Origin: an archaeon | Lineage (GTDB): Archaea; Nanobdellota; Nanobdellia; Pacearchaeales; GW2011-AR1 | Direction of reading: 5' to 3' | DNA: 64,000 bases | NCBI GenBank assembly: GCA_018697295.1 | Contig: JABHTJ010000001.1 | Span: 66,305 to 130,304, forward strand | Part shown: positions 37,198 to 45,937 of the stretch, in pieces | How the letters are laid out: each line of letters begins with the position of its first letter | Numbering within the stretch: position 1 is the first letter of the stretch | Made by a program: the position numbers and the translations under genes | Notes under the pieces: model-generated | The model's database searches: none | What the model was told of the DNA's origin: nothing | The model's input: only the letters and a program-made list of their open reading frames with translations

Positions 37198-38148
37198 TTA
37201 TCTTAATTCAACTACCTCTAAAGATTTTTTAGATAAACGTTTACTGGGCATAATCGGTGCACTCAAAACAATTCCTCGTTTCTTTGGTCCAGGAACTGAA
37301 CCTTTCAATATAATATAATCTGTTTTTATGAGGCCATAGTGTTCAAATCCGCCTTTTTTGTTAATGTCTTTTTCACTAATCTTTCCAGATTCTAAAACTA
37401 AATTATTGTAACAAATTCTATTGTGGAATCCAGTTTGACCTGCTTGTGGAGCTCGAAATGTAACTCGTGCAGGATGCCAGGGAGCTAAACTTCCGGGTCT
37501 TCGTCGTCCTTTTTCAGATTTATGATCCTTTAATGCAATTCCAAATCGTTTAACTGGTCCGTGTGTTCCAAAGCCCCTAGTAACTCCTCGGGTATCTACA
37601 AGTCCTGAAGAGAAAACATCAGTAACTGAGATCATTTTTCCAACATTCTCTTTAACAAAATTAAGTTTTTCAGTTACATCTCCCGAAATTCCGACTTCAA
37701 GTAAATCTGCCTTTTTCTTACCAATACCTGTATCCTTTACGCCAGAAAACATAATCACTCTAACATCATCATATTCCAAAACAGAATCCAGATTCGCCTC
37801 AACTTTTTTCTTAGAAAGTTTTACATTTCGCTTCAATTCTTTATCATCTGCAACAACAAATTCTTTTGAGACTTTCCCGTCTTTATAGAATCTAATAGAA
37901 TAAATCTTCATAGGTGGACATTCCAAAACTGTTGCCGGAACAGCAATTCGTTTTCCTTTTGTAAGAGAGGCCTCCGTATCATCTTTAGCCCAAACAGAAA
38001 TCATTCCAGCTTTATATCCAACAAATCCCATAAACCCAGTTCCTTCTTTAGAAATAGGCTTCCAGTTAACACTAGGGATAACTTTTTTTGCTCTTACTCG
38101 AGGGTAGAATTGTAAACTACCCTTTCGCATTCTATTGTTGTCTGTCAT
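37198..38148 (-). CDS. rpl3p: Ribosomal protein uL3
   Basis: RKGSLQFYPRVRAKK, FVGYKAGMISV and GFGTHGPVKRFG. First gene of the operon. Confidence 0.92.
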   Translation of the reverse strand: MTDNNRMRKGSLQFYPRVRAKKVIPSVNWKPISKEGTGFMGFVGYKAGMISVWAKDDTEASLTKGKRIAVPATVLECPPMKIYSIRFYKDGKVSKEFVVADDKELKRNVKLSKKKVEANLDSVLEYDDVRVIMFSGVKDTGIGKKKADLLEVGISGDVTEKLNFVKENVGKMISVTDVFSSGLVDTRGVTRGFGTHGPVKRFGIALKDHKSEKGRRRPGSLAPWHPARVTFRAPQAGQTGFHNRICYNNLVLESGKISEKDINKKGGFEHYGLIKTDYIILKGSVPGPKKRGIVLSAPIMPSKRLSKKSLEVVELR

Positions 38149-38291
38149 TTTTATGTTTCCTGATAGCTCTAACTATCCGATAATATACTTGATAGCACTC
38201 AAGCGCTTATCGTGGCCAACCAACCACAAAATTCTCCTCATCCAAACATTTAAGTTTTGGATGGAACCTTAGTTGACTTGAGAAATTTGGG

Positions 38292-38299
38292 TATATAAA
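38292..38299 (-). promoter_or_regulatory. TATA box candidate for the uL3-uL15 operon (long leader)
   Basis: The minus strand reads TCTTTATATACCC about 145 nt upstream of the uL3 ATG. The leader contains an 8-bp hairpin (CATCCAAA/TTTGGATG, 38239-38263) and the palindrome AAGCGCTT. Confidence 0.3.
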
Positions 38300-38383
38300 G
38301 ATTGCGGGAGAAAGATCTTCAAGAATTTCTATAAAAAAATCTCAATCCCATAATCTTTTAAATCATTTTTCCGTAATTCAATT

Positions 38384-39034
38384 ATGGCAATAAAAACTCC
38401 CGATATTCTCCCTGGAGAAAAAGGTTATGTTTCTAAGAAAACAAAAACTGCGACAAGAAAAGAAACTGAAAAAAGTGTGAAAAAAGCAAAAAGAAAACAA
38501 GAAATGGCTATTGGAAAAATTAAACCAGGGAATTCTGGATATCGCATTGGAAGGCCAATTACGACACATAAAAAAGAAATCAAATATCCCGTTTGGAGAT
38601 ATAGCAAAAAAATTGGCGAAATAATCGTTACAAATAAAGATTTATCTGAAGAAAAAATTGAAATGAAATTTAATCGTCTAGGAGGAATTGGAAATCACAA
38701 ACATTTAATTCAAGACGCAGATTTTCAACTACAGTGGGCGATTAGAGAACAAGAACTTTTGATCACACAGGCAGAATGTCATCTTTGCAAAAAGAAAATC
38801 TCTCGCGCGGCAAAACCAAATCTCTACCATATAAAAATGTGGAAGAAGAGAATCCAACTTTTAGAAGAGGCTGCCAAAGTTCCAGAATTAGTAATTAAAG
38901 GAAAATTAACAATCGAAAAAGGATGGGAAAAATTCTCAGAAATTCTTGAAGGTGGAAATCGTTACTATATGTCTTTAGAAGACACTGCGCTAGTATGTTC
39001 AAGTTGCGCTAAATCAAAAAATCTCGATGAATAA
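38384..39034 (+). CDS. Hypothetical Lys-rich protein with C-terminal HNH-like Cys/His pattern
   Basis: CHLCKKKISRAAKPNLYHIK followed later by ALVCSSCAKSKN (CxxC...H...CxxC). Weak resemblance to HNH/zinc-finger nucleases. Confidence 0.3.
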   Translation: MAIKTPDILPGEKGYVSKKTKTATRKETEKSVKKAKRKQEMAIGKIKPGNSGYRIGRPITTHKKEIKYPVWRYSKKIGEIIVTNKDLSEEKIEMKFNRLGGIGNHKHLIQDADFQLQWAIREQELLITQAECHLCKKKISRAAKPNLYHIKMWKKRIQLLEEAAKVPELVIKGKLTIEKGWEKFSEILEGGNRYYMSLEDTALVCSSCAKSKNLDE

Positions 39035-39037
39035 TTT

Positions 39038-39286
39038 ATGGAAGAAAAATCTTGGGTTGTCTATCTCTTAGAATGTTCTGACGGTTCGTGGTACACTGGA
39101 ATAACAAATGACATTGACAAGAGAATGAAGATTCAATCAAGTGGAAAGGGAAGCAAATATGTCGCACGAAAAGGTTTCAAAAAATTACTAGCAACAGAAA
39201 AATGTCTCGACAAATCGGACGCACTAAAAAAAGAGTATAAAATCAAACAACTTCCAAAATTCGAAAAATTAAACTGGTTTAATTAA
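39038..39286 (+). CDS. GIY-YIG nuclease-superfamily protein (UPF0213/YhbQ-like)
   Basis: WVVYLLECSDGSWYTGITNDIDKRMKIQSSGKGSKYV. Confidence 0.8.
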   Translation: MEEKSWVVYLLECSDGSWYTGITNDIDKRMKIQSSGKGSKYVARKGFKKLLATEKCLDKSDALKKEYKIKQLPKFEKLNWFN

Positions 39287-39288
39287 AT

Positions 39289-39990
39289 CTAAGCTACAAA
39301 ATCTGCCTGACTAGTTTTTTCAATTCCGTCAGCAACCACTTTTCGAATAACAATTCCTTTCTTTTTGCTCAAAGTCCTAATTTCAGCAGCTTTAAGACTC
39401 TCAACATTTGCAGGATAAATAACATCTTTAATATCGATTGTGTGATTCACATAAACTTCCTTAAAATCTCCAACACCAAAAAATAACTCCTCAACAATTT
39501 CTTTATCTGTTGTTTTCAATGTACAAAAATCAGCTCTTGCATCTTCTCCACCCTTTCCAGGTTTACCGCTCTTGGGAGCTTTTGCTTTAACTTTTAGATT
39601 AAAATCTTCTCCAACAAAACTAAGTGCAAAAAACGCTCGAGGATATTTTTCCATCAAATCTAAAATATTTGAGGCATTCGTCGTCGTATTAATAGTCAAT
39701 TTTCGAATACCTTGGAAATTCCCTGCCTTTACAATCTCAAAATTAACTTCATCTTTAAGATCAAATGTCGAAACAATAATTCCCTTAAGAGCTATTTCTC
39801 CATCAACTTTTTTCAAAAATTTCGAAACTAAAAAATTAACATATTCTGGTCCGGTTTTTATTCCCCATTTTTTTGGTTGCTTTTTCCCCTCAAGCAAAAA
39901 TTTATCATGGTAGGCTCCTCGCCCAAATTTCAAAAAATCAGCATGAACATGCTCATCTACTGCTCCATCAAAAACTTTTTTAATTGTCAT
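39289..39990 (-). CDS. Hypothetical protein
   Basis: The listed start is TTG, and the ATG at 39990 was preferred. Globular-looking composition with no motif recognised. Confidence 0.4.
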   Translation of the reverse strand: MTIKKVFDGAVDEHVHADFLKFGRGAYHDKFLLEGKKQPKKWGIKTGPEYVNFLVSKFLKKVDGEIALKGIIVSTFDLKDEVNFEIVKAGNFQGIRKLTINTTTNASNILDLMEKYPRAFFALSFVGEDFNLKVKAKAPKSGKPGKGGEDARADFCTLKTTDKEIVEELFFGVGDFKEVYVNHTIDIKDVIYPANVESLKAAEIRTLSKKKGIVIRKVVADGIEKTSQADFVA

Positions 39991-40071
39991 GGAAAAAATT
40001 ATCTTCAAATCTTTATAAATCTTTTCGACGTTTTCACTGAAGGTTTATATATTCTAAAATCATAAGATTAC

Positions 40072-41097
40072 ATGGCTAATAGCGATACTGTAAAAAAGTG
40101 GGTGGCAACAGGTTTTATCTTGGGAATCTTTGTATTATCTTACTTGGTGCTCAAAGACATTTTAATCCCAATCGCATTCGGACTTTTATTTTCTTACATC
40201 TTTAGCCCAACATATAAATTAATCAATCGGAGAATTCCAAATAAAACCGTTTCAGCATTTATTCTTGTTCTGGGAATCTTAATTGTAGTCAGCATTCCAA
40301 TCATCTATTTCATTCCAGAACTTGTTAAACAGACTTTCAATATTTATTCACTTCTTCAAAATTTTGATTTTGTAAGGGCCTTTAGCAATTATGCTGAAAG
40401 TGATATTGCACAAGCACTCGCAATTAATCTAGATAATCTCCTAGGCAAATTTTTCTCAACACTTATCTCTCAACTTTCAAATTTTTTAGTAAATTTGCCG
40501 TCAATAATTTTACAACTAGCCGTATTTTTATTCACCTTCTTTTTTGCAGTAAAGGATTCTGCAAAATTAAATAGTTATATCTCTTCCTTATCTCCGTTCT
40601 CGGCACAAACAGAAAAAAAGTTCCTAAAAGAATTCAGAGGAATAACAAATGCAATTATTTTTGGCCAGGTTTTAATTGGAATAGTGCAAGGACTTGCCGT
40701 CGGTGCAGGAATGTATTTCCTCGGAATAGATAATCTCCTTGTTTTAACTTTTGTTGCATGTGTTTTCTCAATCATCCCAATTCTCGGTTCGTGGGCAGTA
40801 TGGCTCCCAGTAGGAGTTATTCATGTTGTTAAGGGAAATCCTGTTCCGGGATTCATTTTCCTACTCTATGGAGGATTTTTCGTCTCATCAATTGATAATG
40901 TGATAAGGCCGTATCTTCTATCCAAGAGATCTAATCTTCCTGTCGCGCTAAGCATTATTGGAACTATCGGAGGACTTTATTTCTTCGGAATCGCAGGACT
41001 AATTCTTGGACCACTAATCCTTGCATACCTTCTAATCATCATAGAATTTTATCGGGAAGGAAAATTGGATGAGTTATTCAAGAAACCAAAAAACTAA
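40072..41097 (+). CDS. AI-2E family transporter (PerM/UPF0118)
   Basis: Multi-TM. C-terminal SSIDNVIRPYLLSKRSNLPVALSIIGTIGGLYFFGIAGLILGP. Confidence 0.75.
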   Translation: MANSDTVKKWVATGFILGIFVLSYLVLKDILIPIAFGLLFSYIFSPTYKLINRRIPNKTVSAFILVLGILIVVSIPIIYFIPELVKQTFNIYSLLQNFDFVRAFSNYAESDIAQALAINLDNLLGKFFSTLISQLSNFLVNLPSIILQLAVFLFTFFFAVKDSAKLNSYISSLSPFSAQTEKKFLKEFRGITNAIIFGQVLIGIVQGLAVGAGMYFLGIDNLLVLTFVACVFSIIPILGSWAVWLPVGVIHVVKGNPVPGFIFLLYGGFFVSSIDNVIRPYLLSKRSNLPVALSIIGTIGGLYFFGIAGLILGPLILAYLLIIIEFYREGKLDELFKKPKN

Positions 41098-41150
41098 TAA
41101 TAATCTCAAAAATATATTAGGGCAAAAAATAATTTTCTAAAAATATCTTC

Positions 41151-41732
41151 CTAAATAATTGTAGCACTAATAATTTTCACTTCTTCTAGAGGTTTATCTT
41201 GTGCTCCAGTGGCAACACTTCCAATGGCATCGAGAACGTCAAGACCTTCAACTACTTCTCCAAAGACTGGATGTTTTGAACTCGAAGGTTCTTTATCATA
41301 ATCTAAAAAAGTATTGTCAACTAAATTAACAAAAAATTGACTTCCTCCACTATTTGGTCCAGAGTTAGCCATTGAAAGAGTTCCTCTAACATTAGAGTGT
41401 CCAGCAACAAATTCATCCTCAATAGAATATCCAGGACCACCACTTCCAGTTCCGGTTGGATCTCCTCCCTGAATCATAAAATTAGGAATAACTCTATGAA
41501 AAATGATCCCATCATAATAACCTTCACTTACAAGTTTCTCAAAGTTTCCAGCAGTAACAGGCATATCCGAGTATAATTCTATGATCATGTCTCCCTTACT
41601 AGTTTCAAATTTCACTTTTGTATTTTCTTGTCCCATATTTTCAAACGTGTCCATTACGACCCACGTAAACAAACCGAGCAAAACTACTATTATAAAGATT
41701 GCGACCGGTTTTTGTTTAAGAATTTTTTTCAT
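41151..41732 (-). CDS. Cyclophilin-type peptidyl-prolyl isomerase with N-terminal membrane anchor/signal
   Basis: FHRVIPNFMIQGGDPTGTGSGGPGY, LSMANSGPNSGGSQFF. N-terminal VAIFIIVVLLGLFTWVV. Confidence 0.9.
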   Translation of the reverse strand: MKKILKQKPVAIFIIVVLLGLFTWVVMDTFENMGQENTKVKFETSKGDMIIELYSDMPVTAGNFEKLVSEGYYDGIIFHRVIPNFMIQGGDPTGTGSGGPGYSIEDEFVAGHSNVRGTLSMANSGPNSGGSQFFVNLVDNTFLDYDKEPSSSKHPVFGEVVEGLDVLDAIGSVATGAQDKPLEEVKIISATII

Positions 41733-41784
41733 AAAATAATGTAACTAATCAAATTTAAAAACCTTATTCTCTCAAAAATAATAT

Positions 41785-41864
41785 GCCCACATCGCATAAT
41801 GGTAGTGCACCGGTCTTGAACACCGGGCCCTTGTGGCATCCCGGTTCGATTCCGGGTGTGGGCG
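41785..41864 (+). tRNA. tRNA-Ser (anticodon UGA)
   Basis: Cloverleaf by hand. Acceptor GCCCACA/TGTGGGC. Anticodon stem CCGGT/ACCGG with loop CTTGAAC. 13-nt variable arm (GCC-CTTGT-GGC). T arm CCCGG-TTCGATT-CCGGG. Discriminator G, no encoded CCA. Confidence 0.85.
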
Positions 41865-41897
41865 TAGGTTTTTAAATTTGGTTAAACTAACTCTATA

Positions 41898-42473
41898 ATG
41901 AGAAAAGAGTTGAAATTAATTGTAAGTTTAACATATTTTTTCATTGTAGGAATTCTTATCTACAACGTTTCGATAGGGAATATGGAATTTTTAGGTTATG
42001 CAATTTTTGTAGGACTTTTATATTTCATATTGATAAAAGCTGACGATTACTATAAATTTCCTCCTTATTCGATTTGGTTATTTTCTATTTGGATCATGAC
42101 TCATTTTTTGGGCGGAGCAGTCCATATTAATGGGACTCGGCTCTACGACATAATTTTAATTCCAATTCTTGGAGCTCCATATCACATTCTAAAATACGAT
42201 CAACTAATTCATGCGTACACATATTTTGCAATTTCAATTTTAGTATATTTCATGATGAAAAAACATTTTAGAAATGGAGATAACAAATCTTTAATCGTTT
42301 TTTCAGTTTTAGCAGCAATTGGAATCGGACTTCTCAACGAAGTAATTGAATTTGGAATGGTCATCTTTGCAGATGCAGCAGATGCCGTCGGAGGATATTA
42401 TAACACTGCGCTAGATTTGGTTTTTAATTTAGTTGGCGCAATCATTGGGGTTTGGTTTGTTAGCGGGAAGTAA
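41898..42473 (+). CDS. Integral membrane protein, unknown function
   Basis: Five to six hydrophobic helices with no motif recognised. Confidence 0.4.
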   Translation: MRKELKLIVSLTYFFIVGILIYNVSIGNMEFLGYAIFVGLLYFILIKADDYYKFPPYSIWLFSIWIMTHFLGGAVHINGTRLYDIILIPILGAPYHILKYDQLIHAYTYFAISILVYFMMKKHFRNGDNKSLIVFSVLAAIGIGLLNEVIEFGMVIFADAADAVGGYYNTALDLVFNLVGAIIGVWFVSGK

Positions 42474-42509
42474 GGGTAATTTTATAAACTGGGTTTAATA
42501 TAATCCTAT

Positions 42510-43241
42510 ATGAAAAAGAGTATTGCATTATTATTTGTTTTTTTATTCTCTATGAGTTTTGCTTTTGCAACGAATGAGGAAGTTAGCCAGTGCATGTCTG
42601 ATGGGGGAAGATTTTGTTTTTCCGACCAGACCTGCGAAGGAGATTTTTATCTTTCAGATTCAGGTCTTGGAAACTGTTGTAGTGGAGAATGTATAGGCTC
42701 AGGGAATAATTTTGGAGAAGGACAACCAATAAATGGGCAAGAACTTGAGGGAGGGATGCTTCTTGGACTAATGGCAATGATTCTCCCATTTCTTTTAATT
42801 TTTGGTTTGATATTTCTTGGATTTTATATCTATGCTTCTCTTGCATACATGAAAATTGCAGATAAAACTCAAACTCCTAATGGTTGGTTAGCTTGGATTC
42901 CTATTGCAAATCTTTATTTAATTTCAAGGATGGCAAAAAGTCACTGGTGGCCACTTCTTTTATTATTGACTTATCCGATAATGTTAATTTCTCCAGCATT
43001 GGCATTTATTCCAATGATTGCTATGTTTATCCTTATGGTCTTTGTAATAATTTGGACTTGGAAAATGTTTCAAGCAGTCGGAATGAGGGGGTGGTGGTCT
43101 ATCACTCCTTTGATACCATTCATTGGAAGCATAATTTTCTTAGTCGGTCTTGGAATAGCCGCATGGGGAAAGAAAGGTCCTGTAGGCCAAGTTCAACCTC
43201 AAATAACTCCTCAAGCAGTCCAAGAAATTCCTATCGAGTAG
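42510..43241 (+). CDS. Membrane protein with signal peptide and small Cys-rich extracellular domain
   Basis: Signal LLFVFLFSMSFAFA. Eight Cys within about 40 aa (CMSDGGRFCFSDQTCEG...NCCSGEC), then about 4 TM helices. Confidence 0.4.
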   Translation: MKKSIALLFVFLFSMSFAFATNEEVSQCMSDGGRFCFSDQTCEGDFYLSDSGLGNCCSGECIGSGNNFGEGQPINGQELEGGMLLGLMAMILPFLLIFGLIFLGFYIYASLAYMKIADKTQTPNGWLAWIPIANLYLISRMAKSHWWPLLLLLTYPIMLISPALAFIPMIAMFILMVFVIIWTWKMFQAVGMRGWWSITPLIPFIGSIIFLVGLGIAAWGKKGPVGQVQPQITPQAVQEIPIE

Positions 43242-43456
43242 AAAAATAAAATTCAATATTAAGATATAATTTCTCAACTTTCTAAAAAATATAAACTAAT
43301 CAATCACTTAGAAATGCATCTAACAAAAGACTCCATCATTAATTTGTCAACCGCCAACAACTTCGCAAAAAAGCAAAGCTATAAACGGCTTCAAACTCTT
43401 GACAACAAGTTCTACTAAGTAGGCCTCGTCATCTAACAAATTTACATTAGGCAAAT

Positions 43457-43750
43457 TTATCCGAATAATGAAGCCAAACCTGCAGCTGATTCAGCCTTTG
43501 GTTCTTCTTTCTTCTTTTCTTCTACAGGCGCTTCAGCAGCTCCAGAGTCTCCGCTTGCAGCAGGGGCCGCAGCAACAGACGCATTTGCTAACTTCTCGTC
43601 GATGTCGACTCCGTTAAGAGACGCAACAAGCACCTTCACTTTTGACTCATCAACGTCTTTTCCAGTAGCAGAGATAACTTTTTTCAAGTTGTCTTCGCTA
43701 ACTTCAGATCCGACTTTGTGGAGCAATAGTGCAGCATATACATATTCCAT
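43457..43750 (-). CDS. rpl12e: Ribosomal stalk protein P1 (aP1/L12e)
   Basis: MEYVYAALLLH start (ATG at 43750; the listed upstream start is TTG). Ala-rich hinge, then KKKEEPKAESAAGLASLFG. Confidence 0.88.
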   Translation of the reverse strand: MEYVYAALLLHKVGSEVSEDNLKKVISATGKDVDESKVKVLVASLNGVDIDEKLANASVAAAPAASGDSGAAEAPVEEKKKEEPKAESAAGLASLFG

Positions 43751-43805
43751 TTTATTATTTGTTCTTACCAAAAAATTTATTTAAGTAAGTATGTGAATTT
43801 TCCAT

Positions 43806-44687
43806 TTAACCAAAAAGACTAGAAAGTCCTGCAGCAGACTCTTCCTTCTTCTCCGGTTTAGTTTCTTCTTTAACTTCTTCTTTTGCTTCAACAACCACTT
43901 CTGCGACAGGCTCTGGTTCTCCAGTAACTACTCGAGTAATCACGCCTTCGTAAGCTTTAGCTTTTCCCAAAATATAATCTAGTGTTTCTGGAACAACATA
44001 TCCTATTTCCACGGAGAATGGAATTGCTCGTCCAAATGCATTTTCTAATTCTTCAACGGCAAGGTCAACATCAATCTTAATATCTGCGTAAACTTTTCCA
44101 TCCATGAATGCAGCGACGGGTTCAAGTCCAATTTCAAACGGAATAATGTCTAATTTTGCCATAATTGAAGCAAGAGCTTCAGTAATCACTGCGCCTTCTT
44201 TTGCAATAACCTTATCCATTCCAACAGAAATTTTTCCATTTTCTACTTTAGGGATTAAACCAACTGCACTTAATGCAGAAATATCTGGACCTGGAATTAA
44301 TTCTGTAGGTCCTGCCTTAACTTCAATATCCATTGGAGCAATTTGTCCAGCTTTTGCTTTTGCAGGACTTTTCTCATTTGCCAAAACTCCTGAAATTTCA
44401 AAAGCATCAGAATCTGAGAATAAAATTGCCGTAGAATCCTCGACAAAAGGAACTAAATCATGAAGTTCTTTAATTCCAGAATGATCAAGGGCAAAATTCA
44501 CTAGACTTTTCTTAACAACTTGAATTTGAGCTCTATCTCGAAGTTTCTTTTTTATTTCTTGAAACTGCGCAGATGGAAGACCTTTAATTGAAACAATCAT
44601 AACTGTCTTTTTTTTCATTTGCTCAGCTAAATATTTAACTTTCTCTTTTTTCGCTTCACTAACGTGTGTCTCTGTTGAATTTTCCAT
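43806..44687 (-). CDS. rpl10p: Ribosomal stalk protein uL10 (P0)
   Basis: KKEKVKYLAEQMKKKTVMIVSIKGLPSAQFQEIKKKLR. C-terminal EESAAGLSSLFG. Confidence 0.9.
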   Translation of the reverse strand: MENSTETHVSEAKKEKVKYLAEQMKKKTVMIVSIKGLPSAQFQEIKKKLRDRAQIQVVKKSLVNFALDHSGIKELHDLVPFVEDSTAILFSDSDAFEISGVLANEKSPAKAKAGQIAPMDIEVKAGPTELIPGPDISALSAVGLIPKVENGKISVGMDKVIAKEGAVITEALASIMAKLDIIPFEIGLEPVAAFMDGKVYADIKIDVDLAVEELENAFGRAIPFSVEIGYVVPETLDYILGKAKAYEGVITRVVTGEPEPVAEVVVEAKEEVKEETKPEKKEESAAGLSSLFG

Positions 44688-44691
44688 AATC

Positions 44692-45312
44692 TCAATAAGT
44701 TACCGCAAAGGGCTTTGTCATAGTAAATTTAATTAAAACTTGTTTAATATTATCTTTTCCTCGGGGAAGTTTTTTCTCAAGGCCTCGAAGAACCTCTAAA
44801 ATATTCTCTGCTAAATCTGAGTCACTCATGTCTTCACTACCTATTGGAAGTTTGATCGCCATTTCCTTATTTCTAACTCGAATAACTTTTTGCACTTTAT
44901 CTCTCATTGCTAAAAGTGCTTCTTCGCTAAAAACTGGAATAATCCCTGCCTGAGGACTTGGCATTCTTCCAATCGGTCCAAAGACTCGTCCAAATTTTGT
45001 TGCAATCTTTCCCATTAGTGGAGCAACTGCAATAAATGCATCGTATTGTTTCGCCAATTTCTTAATATCTTTAGTTTCTTTATATTTAACAAAATCTTCT
45101 TCAGTAATCGTATCAATTGAAGGTGAACGTTTAGGTAAAAATGCTGCAATCTTCTTTTCTCGAGGGTGAGGAACCGTAACAAATGTATTCAAGGCCTCTT
45201 TTCGAACATCAAAATTTTTCAAGTTAACCACTAAGTCAACGGTTTGTACAAACTTTCGCTTCTTTTCATTACGAAGTTCTTCAAGTGCTTTTGTTATTTT
45301 CATAGGTTCCAT
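44692..45312 (-). CDS. rpl1p: Ribosomal protein uL1
   Basis: KRKFVQTVDLVVNLKNFDVRK, AFIAVAPLMGKIATKFGRVFGPIGRMPSP. Confidence 0.9.
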   Translation of the reverse strand: MEPMKITKALEELRNEKKRKFVQTVDLVVNLKNFDVRKEALNTFVTVPHPREKKIAAFLPKRSPSIDTITEEDFVKYKETKDIKKLAKQYDAFIAVAPLMGKIATKFGRVFGPIGRMPSPQAGIIPVFSEEALLAMRDKVQKVIRVRNKEMAIKLPIGSEDMSDSDLAENILEVLRGLEKKLPRGKDNIKQVLIKFTMTKPFAVTY

Positions 45313-45322
45313 ATTTTATATC

Positions 45323-45363
45323 GCTTAGAAGTAACTCGAAATTTGTTTCAAGTTCGGCTAAGC
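45323..45363 (-). promoter_or_regulatory. Extended hairpin in the uL1 mRNA leader, ending 10 nt before the ATG
   Basis: The minus strand reads GCTTAG-CCG-AACTTGAAA-CAAA-TTTCGAGTT-ACTT-CTAAGC. That gives a 6-bp outer and a 9-bp inner stem (one G-U). A TATA-like CCCCAACTTTTATAAAC lies at about 45402-45410. Confidence 0.35.
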
Positions 45364-45565
45364 CTTCTACAATTAGTAGTATATCTTCTCAGAATTTTTA
45401 GTTTATAAAAGTTGGGGTTGTCAAAATATCAATTAAGGGAGTAAACAACATAAATCCTTAAATAAGAATTTCAATTATCACAAACATGGAATTAAATCAA
45501 AACGAAGTTTTGGAATTATTTTTTCTACTTCGGGGGAATTTCTTTTTTCAAAAAAGAAAGAGTCT

Positions 45566-45919
45566 ATGGAATTAGTAGCATTACTCTCAACAGGAAAAGG
45601 AAGCTGGGGACAAGTCGCAGGTCTCATGAAAAAAGGAGAATGGGAAAAAATAATTATTGTAGGGACTTCTTTCGCAAAAGATTTTACTGTCGCAGGAATT
45701 CCTTTTGATTTTGTCGAATTTGATTCAGATAAATCGCTTGTCCAACTTAAAAAAGATTTAGAAAAAAAGCTTAAGGGAAGGTTTGATGGTCTTGAAGTAG
45801 CACTTTCAATCGCATCTGGAAATGGAAAAGAACATATGGCCTTACAATCTGCCCTTCTTTCAATTCCTGTTGGTGTCAGATTCACTGCATTAACAAATGA
45901 TGGCGTTGTGATGCTATAA
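45566..45919 (+). CDS. Hypothetical small alpha/beta-type protein
   Basis: ATG start and a balanced K/E/G/V composition. Preferred over the overlapping S/F/P-rich antisense ORF 45478-45885. Confidence 0.35.
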   Translation: MELVALLSTGKGSWGQVAGLMKKGEWEKIIIVGTSFAKDFTVAGIPFDFVEFDSDKSLVQLKKDLEKKLKGRFDGLEVALSIASGNGKEHMALQSALLSIPVGVRFTALTNDGVVML

Positions 45920-45937
45920 ATAATTCTTCAAAAATTT

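Noticed and set aside
41733-41897. tRNA-Ser locus, examined as a potential integration hotspot
   Set aside because: No integrase, no direct repeat of the tRNA 3' end and no compositional break were seen nearby. The flanking genes look like ordinary housekeeping or membrane genes.
43242-43456. 215-nt non-coding gap between convergent genes, including a possible 34-codon ORF (43314-43418)
   Set aside because: I found no recognisable protein motif, RNA fold, promoter or SD. It may hold terminators or a small RNA, but nothing is supportable from sequence alone.
44104-44463. 119-aa ORF antisense to P0
   Set aside because: It is a shadow ORF, with A/S/I-rich composition mirroring the coding strand.
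45478-45885. 135-aa minus-strand ORF overlapping the 117-aa plus-strand ORF
   Set aside because: Its S/F/P-rich, low-complexity sequence looks like a shadow, and the plus-strand ORF has a balanced globular composition and an ATG. Neither has a recognised family, so the choice stays uncertain.
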